A stretch of 64,000 nt of DNA, taken from Myxococcales bacterium. GTDB lineage: Bacteria > Myxococcota_A > UBA9042. The number at the start of each line of letters is the position of its first letter. Positions within the stretch are counted from its first letter, which is position 1. Both the position numbers and the translations under genes were made by a program. The stretch lies in assembly GCA_037441385.1 (NCBI GenBank), contig JBBISH010000014.1, forward strand, positions 10,850 through 74,849, in the 5' to 3' direction. The notes under the pieces are model-generated. The model worked only from the letters and a program-made list of their open reading frames with translations, ran no database searches and was not told the origin of the DNA. This document shows, in pieces, positions 1-9,025 of the stretch.

Positions 1-328
1 GCAAGACCGACTGCCCCTCGCCACCCTCGCCGCGCCGCGCGGGACGCCGAGTCACACGCCAAGTGTCCGCGCCCAGGGCAAAAACCAGACGAACTTCGGT
101 GGGCACGTCGCGCTCGGCGTGCTGGCTGCGGGTGTCGGCGGCGTCGCGCTCGCCGCCCGAAGTCTCGCCAAACAGCGCCAGGCACAGCGCGTCCAGGATG
201 GTGGTCTTGCCGGCACCCGTCGGCCCGCTGATGGTGAACGGCGCTCGCTCTGGAAAGCACGAAAAATCGATCGACTCGCGCCCGGCAAAGGGCCCAAAGG
301 CCTGCATGCTCAGCTGAATCGGCCTCAC
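1..328 (-). CDS. sbcC: SbcC/Rad50-type SMC ATPase, N-terminal part (runs off the window)
   Basis: Hand translation from GTG at 328: MRPIQLSMQAFGPFAG...ISGPTGAGKTTILDALCLALFG (Walker A). GTGA overlap with the sbcD stop. Not listed in the ORF track. Confidence 0.9.
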   Translation of the reverse strand, partial: MRPIQLSMQAFGPFAGRESIDFSCFPERAPFTISGPTGAGKTTILDALCLALFGETSGGERDAADTRSQHAERDVPTEVRLVFALGADTWRVTRRPARRGEGGEGQSVL

Positions 329-1527
329 GCGGCACCTCCATCGCGGCGAGTCTGCTGGTCGACCAGCGGCGCCAGCACCGCCCGAGCCGGCGCAGGCAAA
401 GAAACGCCGCACACCGACATCCAAAAATCATCCACGATATCCATAGGCTGACGCTGACGGTGGTCGCCGCGCAGCAGTTCGCCAGCCCCTTGCTGGAGTT
501 GCGGGCGCTCGATGTGCAGCACGTTCGGGTAGCCTTCGCGCAGCCGGCCCAGCGGATCCAGCAACACACCGGGGTCGGTCAGGGTGGCTGCAATGAAATC
601 GTTACGGTTTTCGTCCACCAAACCTCGTTGTACCAGATCAGCCAGGGTGCCCTGGACCTTGCGCAACGGCCGCAACGGCCGCAACGGCAGTTCGCGGACG
701 TGAACGTCGCCCGCGTGGCCCACCTCGACCAGCGCGACGGAACGGGTCTGATCCGCCTCGGCAAAGGAATACTGCAGCAGCGAACCGCCGTAGCGCACCG
801 TGGGCTGCCCCGTTTCGCCCGCCCTCACCTGCTGCGGCCGGTGCAGGTGCCCCAAGGCCACATAGGCAAAATCGGCAAAAATACTGGGGTTCACCACCGC
901 AGTTCCACCTACGGCCAGTTGGCGCTCGGTCTCGCTGTATTCTTGGTCACTTTGGTCCACCACGCGGCCACCCTGCACAAAGGCGTGCGCCACGGCCACC
1001 GCCACGTCGCCGGGCTGCAATTGCTGACGCATACCTGCAATTTGGGCCTCGAGCGCGCCTTGATGATCCGTCGCCGCGCCGCGCTCGCCCAGCAACGCGC
1101 GCACGGTTCCCGGCTCGGCATAGGGCAGCGGGCACAGAGCCACCGGGAAGCCGGCACCATCGAAGCGGATTGGCGCCGCCGCCAGGTCCACCGGCCCGCG
1201 CACCGTCAGCCCGGCCGGTTGCAGCAGGTGAGCGCCAAAGCCCAGTCGTTCGGGCCCGTCGTGGTTGCCGGCGATGGCCACCACGGGCGTGTTCAAGTCC
1301 CGGACGATTTCGGTCAGGGTCGCGTCCAACAGCGCCACCGCGTCGGCCGGCGGCACCGAGCGGTCGTAGATATCGCCTGCGATCACCAGCGCATCGGGCC
1401 GATAGTCGCGCACGTGCTGGATCAACTGCGCCAGCGCGTGTCGCTGGTCGTCCAAAAGCGACAGGCCAAACAAGGTCTTGCCAATGTGCCAGTCAGCGGT
1501 GTGCAAAAGGCGAAACGGGCGCAGCAT
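325..1527 (-). CDS. sbcD: Exonuclease SbcCD subunit D (Mre11-type metallophosphoesterase)
   Basis: HTADWHIG, AGDIYD, AGNHD, AHAF and YVALGHLH motifs; coupled to sbcC. Confidence 0.95.
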   Translation of the reverse strand: MLRPFRLLHTADWHIGKTLFGLSLLDDQRHALAQLIQHVRDYRPDALVIAGDIYDRSVPPADAVALLDATLTEIVRDLNTPVVAIAGNHDGPERLGFGAHLLQPAGLTVRGPVDLAAAPIRFDGAGFPVALCPLPYAEPGTVRALLGERGAATDHQGALEAQIAGMRQQLQPGDVAVAVAHAFVQGGRVVDQSDQEYSETERQLAVGGTAVVNPSIFADFAYVALGHLHRPQQVRAGETGQPTVRYGGSLLQYSFAEADQTRSVALVEVGHAGDVHVRELPLRPLRPLRKVQGTLADLVQRGLVDENRNDFIAATLTDPGVLLDPLGRLREGYPNVLHIERPQLQQGAGELLRGDHRQRQPMDIVDDFWMSVCGVSLPAPARAVLAPLVDQQTRRDGGAA

Positions 1528-1778
1528 AGGGAGCCTCGGCAGGTGGCGGCGGGTGCGAGGCTAGCAGCGGTGTCGGCAGGCGCAAGGGGGCGCGACTCGG
1601 GGTAGGTCAGCAGGCGACACAGGCTGTCGCATTGCGAATCGAGCCTATTTCCATACTATCTACGCAGGCATGACACAGGCATGACACAAGCGTGCCTTTT
1701 GTCCGGGCGCCGACGAATTGACGCGCAGGGCCCGCGCACCTAAGGTGGGGATCGGGGTTGGCCATAGGACGGATTACG

Positions 1779-2474
1779 ATGCGCAACTGTCTATTTGCGT
1801 TCCTTTGTGGCGTGCTGTTCGCCCTGGCGGCTTGCGAGGCGGCCCCCGCCGCAAACGTGAACCCAGACATTTCGGCGAGCGACACGGCGGGCGAGCTGGG
1901 TGCGGCCGATTCGGCGGCGGATGCGGCCGTAGATAGCGGAGCCGAGACCGGAACCGGTGCCGATGCCATCGCCGACACAGCGGCCGACAGCCTTTCCGAC
2001 GCTGTTGCCGACACCGTTGCCGATGTGGTGGATGCGGCAGACACCGCCGCGCCCGATGCGCCCAGCGACACTGGCTCCTGCAAGTGGGATCTGACGGACT
2101 CGTCGCCCGCCACCATGCCGTGGACCACCTTCACCGTCAGCAAGGGCGCCGGTCCCTGCCCGCCCGACATGGTGTGCAGCTGGTCGTGGACGTTGGACGC
2201 CAGCGGCAACATCGCCAAGTCGATGGCAGGCGTGGCCTCGCAAGCCAAGATGGATGCGGGGGAATTCGGCGGGCTTGGCAACTTCCTCGGCAACTTCATC
2301 TTCCTGGGCCAGATGAACAGCGGCTTTGTCTGCCCGCCGCCGCCGACCGACATCGGCATCAGCTTCACCTTGAAAACCGCGGACAAGGACTACAGTCAGA
2401 ACGTGACCGGCTGCATTTTTGGTAGCGGCTGCAACGACGCCAAGTCGGTGTACGAACTGGTGACCAAGTACTAG
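1779..2474 (+). CDS. Hypothetical lipoprotein with A/D/T-rich tether and Cys-containing C-terminal domain
   Basis: Signal peptide with lipobox LAAC, low-complexity linker, strong GC3 codon bias. Confidence 0.75.
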   Translation: MRNCLFAFLCGVLFALAACEAAPAANVNPDISASDTAGELGAADSAADAAVDSGAETGTGADAIADTAADSLSDAVADTVADVVDAADTAAPDAPSDTGSCKWDLTDSSPATMPWTTFTVSKGAGPCPPDMVCSWSWTLDASGNIAKSMAGVASQAKMDAGEFGGLGNFLGNFIFLGQMNSGFVCPPPPTDIGISFTLKTADKDYSQNVTGCIFGSGCNDAKSVYELVTKY

Positions 2475-2709
2475 CGACGCGATCAATCATGCCGGTTCCG
2501 TAGTCATCTCATCCGGCCACGTCTCTAGACCCCGGTGGGACGCACGCACGCGCCGATGCCGATCCTGCTGCATTCTCAAGACATTCACCCTGATCCAAGC
2601 GCCTGGCGCCGTCGGCTTGACCCTATATGCGCCCAGGGGCACGATCCGGGCCAACTAGGCTGGTGGCAGCGCCCGGACGCGCCTGCGCAAATCCAGCGTG
2701 GAGGCAACC

Positions 2710-3195
2710 ATGCGCTCGCTCCTTGTCGTCGTGTCGATCTTCCTGGTCCTGGCCCTTGGCGCCTGTGGCAGCAGCAGCGGAAGCACCGCCAACGGCGCTG
2801 GATCCACTGCCGACGCGGGGACCTTGAGCGACGCCAAGGCCGGCCTGGGCGACACGGCCTCCAGTCAAGTCGACACTTTGGCCAGCGGCAGCGAAACGGC
2901 GAGCTCCGATTGGGCCTACGCCAGCGTAGTCGGCAAGAAGGTCACGCTCAGCGAAAACCCGCCGGGACCCAGCAACGTTTGGCAGTTCACGGACGCCAGC
3001 AAAGCCAAGGGCATCACCCTGGGCATGGACGCGTCGTACACTTGGGAAAAGAAAAGCGGGACCACCGCCACCCTGGTCTTTGACGTGCAGGGCAAAGACC
3101 GCTACGACTTGGTGTTCACCGCCGCCGGCAAAGGCACGCTGCAAGAGTCGTTCGACGGCCAACCCGGCAACGCCGGGACCTTCGTCTTTGAATAA
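2710..3195 (+). CDS. Hypothetical lipoprotein (small beta-rich domain)
   Basis: GGAGG RBS, MRSLLVVVSIFLVLALGAC lipobox. Confidence 0.75.
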   Translation: MRSLLVVVSIFLVLALGACGSSSGSTANGAGSTADAGTLSDAKAGLGDTASSQVDTLASGSETASSDWAYASVVGKKVTLSENPPGPSNVWQFTDASKAKGITLGMDASYTWEKKSGTTATLVFDVQGKDRYDLVFTAAGKGTLQESFDGQPGNAGTFVFE

Positions 3196-3470
3196 GTGCG
3201 GTTGCGAGCTACCAACCGACCGGAGAGTACGGCCGCGAGGCCCCCGCAACACGTGCCCAGCCAGGCGATCTGGCCGCAGCTTGCCACAGCCGCGCAGCGC
3301 TGATCGCCAGGCTTCCACAGTGATTTTGGACGGCGGTTTGTCGGCCGCGCCAAGTCGCCGGGCAGTCCATGGCGCCCGGCGCGCGGCACCCTGCCTCTGG
3401 ACTCTGCGCGCCAGTAGCAGCACCATGGCTCCAAGCAGGTCGTGGCGACGGCGCGGCCGTAGGAGGCACG

Positions 3471-5687
3471 ATGGTTTCGCTTGGGTCGGCTCGCTCCAAA
3501 GTTGCGATATTGGCAGGATCTTTGGCGGCGTTGGTGTTGGGTGCACCCGCACAGGCCGCGGTCCCCGCCACAGTGAACCTGGAAGGCGTGGTCACCTCGG
3601 CCGGGGGCGGCGCGGCGGCCGACGGCACCTACGGGGCCGCGTTCGCGTTGTACAGCCAAGCGACGGGCGGCACCGCCGTTTGGAGCGAGGCGAACGTACA
3701 GATCACGGTGAAGTCGGGCGCGTTCAGCTACGTGCTGGGCAGCAAGACGCCGCTGGCCCCCGCCACCTTGGCCACCGCGGGCGATCTGTACCTGGGCATG
3801 GCCGTGGGCACCGACCCCGAGCTGCCGCGCATGCCGCTGCGTTCGGTAGCCTATGCGCTGGTGGCCGACACGGCCCTAAAGGCCACCGGTCTGGAGTGCT
3901 CGGGCTGCATCAAGGCGGCGGCGCTGGACAGCGCGGTGCTGCAACCCTATGCCAAGTCGTCGGATCTTGGGGTCTACGCCAAGGCGGCCGACCTCGGCGC
4001 CTATGCCAAATCCACGGATCTGAGCGCCTATGCCAAGTCGACGGACCTGGCCGCCTACGCCAAGGCGGCGGATTTGGTGGGGCTGGCCAGCAAGACCGAC
4101 CTGGCCGACTACGCCAAGGCAGCTTCGCTGGCCACGGTCGCGGGCACCGGCAAGTACACAGACTTGGTGGGTCTGCCCGCCCTGGCCAAGCTCGGCACCA
4201 GCTGCGGCACCGGCCTGGTGGTCAAGGGGCTGAAGGCCGACGGCTCGCTGGACTGCGCCAGCCCGTTCGACGCGGCCGCGGCTGACACCTTGGCCAAGCT
4301 GAGCCAGGGCCTGCTCACCAACAATTTCACAGAGGTCGTGCCCAGCGCCGCGCCATTCGATGTCAAGGACAACGATCCCACCGGCTCGTCCAACGGCCTG
4401 ATCAACGTGCCCGACCTGGGCCTGGCCACCAGCCTGACCATCACCGTCAACCTGACCAGCAAGGACGCGTCGGGCCTGATCGTGCGGCTTTACGACCCCG
4501 CCAACACCGAGTACGTCCTCTACGACAAGTCGGCGACGGGCACCACCCTGAAGCTGGTGTCGCCCAGCCCCAACAAGCCGGTGACGGGCGACCTGACCAC
4601 TTGGATCGGCAAGAACCCCAAGGGCAACTGGCAGTTGGCAGTGGCCGACACCAAGGCCAACGGCGGCGGGATCGACGGCCAGGTCACCAACTGGTCGATC
4701 AGCATGGGCGTATGGTCTGACAAGAAGGTGGCGGTGAACGGCAACTTGGTGCTGACGGCGAACACGCAAGTCTGCAATACCTGGCAGAAAGGCGCGATGC
4801 GCTGGAACGCCGGCGTGGGCCGGCCCGAATTCTGCGACGGCACCGTGTGGAACGTGTTCGCACCCGCGCCGCTGGGCTCGCCCACCCGCCCGGCCGCCAG
4901 CTGCAAGGCCATTTTGGACGGCGGCGACAGCCGCGGCGACGGCAAGTACTGGGTGCAACCGGACGCCGCGGCACCGTCGTTCGAGACGTATTGCGACATG
5001 ACCACCGACGGCGGCGGCTGGACCATGGTCATGAGTCTGGTCCAAGGCGAATACAAGCTGGGCGGCGACGACTGGAACCAGAAGTGGCAGCAAAGCGGCT
5101 ACAACCGCTGGGCCGACAAGTCGACCTTTGGCGACCTGGACAACGCCAGCCGCTACAGCATCGGCGACTACAAGAACGCGGCCTACGCCAGCCTGAAGGG
5201 CAGCGACATGCTCTTCTACCACGTGCCCGACGGGACCGGCATCGACCAATGGCGAGCCAGCTCGGTCTACACCTACCACACGAACACGGGATTCCTCACC
5301 AGCAAGGGCCCGACTGTTCAAGGGATCTTTGCCACCAGCTGCCCGCTGAACAACGGCGGCGGCAACCACCAGTGCTTGGTGGTCCCCATTGTCTACGACG
5401 TGGGCAACGCGACCAACTACGGCAACGAGCAATGCCCCAACAACCGCGGCGAAAGCGAGCGCGGCTACGTGACCTTTGGCGCCTGGAACGGCGAGAGCTA
5501 CGCCTTTGCCTTCTGCCCCGTCAAGCAAAACGGCGCCAACTGCGAGCACAGTTGCGTGGGCGGCAACGGCACCACCGGCGGCAACGGCGCGGGCGGTTGG
5601 GGCAACATGCGCGAGTGGTACTACGACGGCAACTGGTGCATGTCGACCAAGATGCGCACGGCTGCCCTCATGATGCTGGTTCGGTAG
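3471..5687 (+). CDS. Secreted fibre-like adhesin: N-terminal anchor domain, 9-aa repeat stalk, proprotein-convertase P-like domain, C-terminal fibrinogen/intelectin-like lectin domain
   Basis: AGGAGG RBS before ATG 3471; signal peptide ending AQA; (S/A)xDLxxYAK repeats; P-domain-like GNWQLAVAD; SCKAIL..DGKYWV..YCDMTTDGGGWTMV fibrinogen motif followed by intelectin-like blocks. Confidence 0.85.
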   Translation: MVSLGSARSKVAILAGSLAALVLGAPAQAAVPATVNLEGVVTSAGGGAAADGTYGAAFALYSQATGGTAVWSEANVQITVKSGAFSYVLGSKTPLAPATLATAGDLYLGMAVGTDPELPRMPLRSVAYALVADTALKATGLECSGCIKAAALDSAVLQPYAKSSDLGVYAKAADLGAYAKSTDLSAYAKSTDLAAYAKAADLVGLASKTDLADYAKAASLATVAGTGKYTDLVGLPALAKLGTSCGTGLVVKGLKADGSLDCASPFDAAAADTLAKLSQGLLTNNFTEVVPSAAPFDVKDNDPTGSSNGLINVPDLGLATSLTITVNLTSKDASGLIVRLYDPANTEYVLYDKSATGTTLKLVSPSPNKPVTGDLTTWIGKNPKGNWQLAVADTKANGGGIDGQVTNWSISMGVWSDKKVAVNGNLVLTANTQVCNTWQKGAMRWNAGVGRPEFCDGTVWNVFAPAPLGSPTRPAASCKAILDGGDSRGDGKYWVQPDAAAPSFETYCDMTTDGGGWTMVMSLVQGEYKLGGDDWNQKWQQSGYNRWADKSTFGDLDNASRYSIGDYKNAAYASLKGSDMLFYHVPDGTGIDQWRASSVYTYHTNTGFLTSKGPTVQGIFATSCPLNNGGGNHQCLVVPIVYDVGNATNYGNEQCPNNRGESERGYVTFGAWNGESYAFAFCPVKQNGANCEHSCVGGNGTTGGNGAGGWGNMREWYYDGNWCMSTKMRTAALMMLVR
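3940..4125 (+). repeat. 27-bp / 9-aa intragenic tandem repeat (about 7 units)
   Basis: LQPYAKSSDLGVYAKAADLGAYAKSTDLSAYAKSTDLAAYAKAADLVGLASKTDLADYAK. Confidence 0.85.
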
Positions 5688-6276
5688 TTGGCTCTGGCAA
5701 ACCGCCGGCCTGACGCAGCCGCCGCAGCACCGCCATCGCCAGCGGCGCGCCGTGCAGATAGACGCCCGGCAGCCACAGCGGCACAGTCCACAAGTCGGGG
5801 TGGTTGTAGTGGAACACCCCAGTCGCCGCGAGCAGCGCCTCGCTGGTCGTGCCGCCAATCGCCAGGCCCACGCCGTTGGCCACCTGCCACACCGCGTCGC
5901 GACGGCCGAGTAACCGCCGCAAAAACAGCAGCAAGTATACCAGGGCCAGCAGCTTGGGCTGACCCTGCAGCAGAGCCGAAGCCAGGTAGGCCGCCACGAA
6001 CCATAGGCTATGCAAGGCCAGTTGGCGGTGGGTGATTGGCCCCGGCTGGGCTCGTTCGCTGCAGCTGACCCACACCCAAGTCGCCACGTACATGATGAGC
6101 GTAGCGATGCCAAACAGCGGCGCCACCCACCAGGACTGGCCAAACAACACGGGTTGCGCATAGGCCAACACGCCGCCCTGCACGTGGATCTGGTCGCACA
6201 GCGCGCCACCCAGGCCACCCAGGACGAACAGCGCGGCCAGACGGGGCCAGGTCAACTGCAGCGGGAGCGGAATCAT
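5668..6276 (-). CDS. Integral membrane protein (INSIG-like / DUF2878-like)
   Basis: About six hydrophobic segments; GxLGxxxDxIHVxxGVLxY and ExxLxxxGxFxYxxPD..VPxWLP motifs. The upstream ORF extension to 6462 runs through a repeat element and is probably non-coding. Confidence 0.65.
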   Translation of the reverse strand: MIPLPLQLTWPRLAALFVLGGLGGALCDQIHVQGGVLAYAQPVLFGQSWWVAPLFGIATLIMYVATWVWVSCSERAQPGPITHRQLALHSLWFVAAYLASALLQGQPKLLALVYLLLFLRRLLGRRDAVWQVANGVGLAIGGTTSEALLAATGVFHYNHPDLWTVPLWLPGVYLHGAPLAMAVLRRLRQAGGLPEPTTEPAS

Positions 6277-6407
6277 ACGGTTCCCGTCCAAATCGGCTCG
6301 AAAACTTCGGCAATTCTTCGGGCCCGAACCGGGGTCCCCGCCTGATTCTCGCCGGTTGCAGACCGGGTCAGAGGAACCGTACAGGCGTGAATCAGACGGG
6401 GTTCGTG
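6276..6407. mobile_element. MITE-like dispersed repeat, family A (full-length, 132 bp)
   Basis: Close reverse-complement match to 63872-64000; imperfect terminal inverted repeats TACGGTTCCCGTCCAAATC / GAATCAGACGGGGTTCGTG. Confidence 0.75.
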
Positions 6408-6474
6408 GCATACGGGCCTCCAGACATCGCAGGGACCGCCGGGCTGGCCACACCGGGCCCACCCCAACGCGCCG

Positions 6475-7044
6475 TCAACGCACGCAGCGCACTCGGAACA
6501 GGCTGCTGGCCGCATAATGCCAACGATCGCCGCTGGCACAGTTCACCGCCCAGGCGTGCTCATTTTCGGAGCCTTGTGGGGTTCCGCTCCACAGCATCTC
6601 GACTCCGGCCGGGAAACCCGGCGGACAGCGGCGGCCTTCGCTGCGCCATGGGTTGATGAGCGACTCGAGCTCGTGGCGCTGGGGCGGCCGCCAATCGCGA
6701 AATCCGCCCAGGTCCAGTTGTGCGCAATAGCGAACCGCGTCTTGAAAGATCAGGCCTTGCGCCGAATTGGCTTGCTGCCACATCCGCCCGGTGAACAGGT
6801 CGGTGATGGTGCCGTTACCGTTGTCTTGCCAGGCCCAATCGGTGCCATGGGCGGCCTGGTGCAGCGCGCGCACGACCCCCACAGCGGCCACGACCACGGC
6901 GATCAGCACAGCCAACCAGCGCAACCGATGCCACCCCGTTGGCCCCAGCCATGGGCGCGCCGCCCGCGCTCTTCCGGCGCGACGTACAGGCTGGTCCCGC
7001 TGAGACACGGGCCGGATCGCCTTGGGGGATCCGCGTTTGCGCAT
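6475..7044 (-). CDS. DUF1566 (Lcl C-terminal-like) domain protein with N-terminal TM anchor
   Basis: GAGG RBS before ATG 7044; DNGNGTITDLFTGRMWQQ, AVRYCAQLDLGGFRDWRPPxxxELxSL and terminal VRCVR motifs. Confidence 0.8.
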   Translation of the reverse strand: MRKRGSPKAIRPVSQRDQPVRRAGRARAARPWLGPTGWHRLRWLAVLIAVVVAAVGVVRALHQAAHGTDWAWQDNGNGTITDLFTGRMWQQANSAQGLIFQDAVRYCAQLDLGGFRDWRPPQRHELESLINPWRSEGRRCPPGFPAGVEMLWSGTPQGSENEHAWAVNCASGDRWHYAASSLFRVRCVR

Positions 7045-7069
7045 GTTCACCTCTGCCCGTGGCCTATGG

Positions 7070-7320
7070 GCCGATCTGCGGTCCACCGCGGCCACCTCGC
7101 CCATCAGGACCTGCAGGTTGCGGTCCCGCCGCAGAACACTGCGAATCGGCGCGGCAATGTCGGCCGGCGACAGACCTGCCAGGGCCACCTGGTACAGCAG
7201 CGGCTGGAACAAGTGGAGATCGCACCGGTCGACGAATGTCACTGCCACCGGCTGATTGGCCAGCGCTTTGGCGACACCCGGCCTGCCGAAACCGCCGCCG
7301 ACGATGACCACTCGCCGCAT
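7070..7320 (-). pseudogene. Truncated N-terminal fragment of a type II NADH dehydrogenase (NDH-2)
   Basis: MRRVVIVGGGFGRPG...VDRCDLHLFQPLLYQVALAGLSPADIAAPIRSVL; only ~83 aa with a damaged GxGxxG motif; in frame with the DUF1566 gene. Confidence 0.75.
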
Positions 7321-7439
7321 GGCGCCCCCTGCCAGCCAGAGTAACCGCGGTAGGATGGCGGGGACAAGTTCCAAATGCGTCGACTCGGCTTGCGTGCCGG
7401 GGTGGCTGGGGGTAGTTTGGCTAGAACGGAGAACGGACC

Positions 7440-8966
7440 ATGACTGTGCAACCTGTTGCGTATTTCTTCCTCGCGGCCAGCCTTGTGCTGGGTGCGGCGT
7501 GCAGCGCACCGGCGGGCCTGCCTGCCCCCAAAGCCGACGGGACCAGTAGCAGCCTGGACACCAACACTGCGGCGGACGCGGCCAGCGACGCTGCGGCCCC
7601 GGCCAAAGACGCCACCAGCACCGGCGATGCAGGCGGCAATGGGTGCCTGCAAGTCAAGCCCAAGCCGTTGGTTTTTGGCGCGATTGGCCCTGGGGCGGCG
7701 CAGTGGATGGGCGCGCAGGTCTGCAGTTGCGGCAGCGGCGAGCTGGTGATCACGGACGTGGCGCTGGCGGGAGACGTCAGCGAATTCAGCGTGAATCTGA
7801 CCGATCTCTACACGCAGGGTGTGTTGGCAAGCCCTCCCCCCGTCAGCGCGAGCAATCCACTGAAGCTGGCCCCGGGCCAATGTGTCCAGTTCAAGGTCGG
7901 CTACACGGTGTCGGATTCTCCAATCCCTGGGATACCCGACGCCGCGACCTTGACGTTCGCCGCGCAAGGTACCGGCCCGACAAGCGTGCAGTTGCAGAGC
8001 ACCCCGATGTCGGCGAAATGCCCGGACAACCTGGTCTGGGTGAGCGAGGGTGACACCGTGATTCCGCAGACCCTGCTGCACCTGCACTGCGACGCCAAGC
8101 TGCTGCCGGGCGGCAAAGTGCCCTGCAACTGGAAGATCGAGCAGCCGGCGGGGAGCTACCAGCCGCTGCAACCGGGGCCCAACTTCCTCAACCCCACACT
8201 GCTGGCCAACGCCGCGGGCGAGTACAAGATCTGCGCCGAGGTCGGCGTGCCAGGTCTGCCTGACCCCTGCACCGCCTGTACCACCGTGCAGGTCGTGCCC
8301 GTCAATTCGCTGCACATCGAGCTGCTGTGGGACACGCCCGCCGACCCGGACCAGACCGACACGGGCCCGGCGGCGGGCGCGGATCTGGACCTGCATTTTG
8401 CCCACCCGCTGGCGACCGGCCCGGACCTGGACTGCGACGCCAAGGGCGATCCGTGGTACAACAATCCCCTGGACGTGTTCTGGTTCAACTCGGCCCCGGA
8501 TTGGGGTCAAGCCAGCTTCAAACCCGACAATCCAAGCCTGGATCTGGACGACACCGACGGCGCCGGACCCGAGAACCTGAACCTGGAGGCGCCGGAAGGC
8601 ACGCTGGCCGATCCGGTCGCCTACAGCGTGGGCGTGCACTACTGGAACGACCATGGCTACGGGCCGTCGTTCGCCACCGTGGCGGTGTATGTCCTGGGTT
8701 CGAAGGTTGCCCAGGCCAACAAAGTCAAGCTCGATCCGCTGGATATGTGGACGGTGGGCAAGGTGTGGTGGCCCAACACGGCCTCGGGCGGCAGCAAGCC
8801 GGTGTTCCAGGAGTGCCTGCAGTCGGGCGACTCGTGCGCGGCCAAGCAGAACCTCATGTGGCAGCCCACGGGCGACTGGTGCATCGCCAAGTGCTACATC
8901 AACGCGGGCTTTGTGGGGGCCATTGGCGGTGGGGCGAGCGCTTCGGCCTGCAAGGGCGTGCCGTAG
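7440..8966 (+). CDS. Secreted lipoprotein with Ig-like domains and a YfaP/DUF2135-like C-terminal domain
   Basis: Lipobox LGAAC; LHIELLWD...ADLDLH and SLDLDDTDGAGPENLNL motifs. Confidence 0.7.
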   Translation: MTVQPVAYFFLAASLVLGAACSAPAGLPAPKADGTSSSLDTNTAADAASDAAAPAKDATSTGDAGGNGCLQVKPKPLVFGAIGPGAAQWMGAQVCSCGSGELVITDVALAGDVSEFSVNLTDLYTQGVLASPPPVSASNPLKLAPGQCVQFKVGYTVSDSPIPGIPDAATLTFAAQGTGPTSVQLQSTPMSAKCPDNLVWVSEGDTVIPQTLLHLHCDAKLLPGGKVPCNWKIEQPAGSYQPLQPGPNFLNPTLLANAAGEYKICAEVGVPGLPDPCTACTTVQVVPVNSLHIELLWDTPADPDQTDTGPAAGADLDLHFAHPLATGPDLDCDAKGDPWYNNPLDVFWFNSAPDWGQASFKPDNPSLDLDDTDGAGPENLNLEAPEGTLADPVAYSVGVHYWNDHGYGPSFATVAVYVLGSKVAQANKVKLDPLDMWTVGKVWWPNTASGGSKPVFQECLQSGDSCAAKQNLMWQPTGDWCIAKCYINAGFVGAIGGGASASACKGVP

Positions 8967-8972
8967 CCGCTC

Positions 8973-8999
8973 AGTAGAATGGGGGGCATTTTCTACTCC
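8973..8999 (+). repeat. Motif B (TGGGGGGCAWTTTCT), 3' intergenic copy
   Basis: AGTAGAATGGGGGGCATTTTCTACTCC; 20 bp identical to 10636-10655; can form a hairpin. Confidence 0.7.
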
Positions 9000-9025
9000 T
9001 TGAAAGGATTGCAGATCCGCGACCG

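Noticed and set aside
6475..7044. Diversity-generating retroelement target (DUF1566 is a C-type-lectin-like fold)
   Set aside because: No reverse transcriptase and no template repeat differing at adenines was seen in the window.
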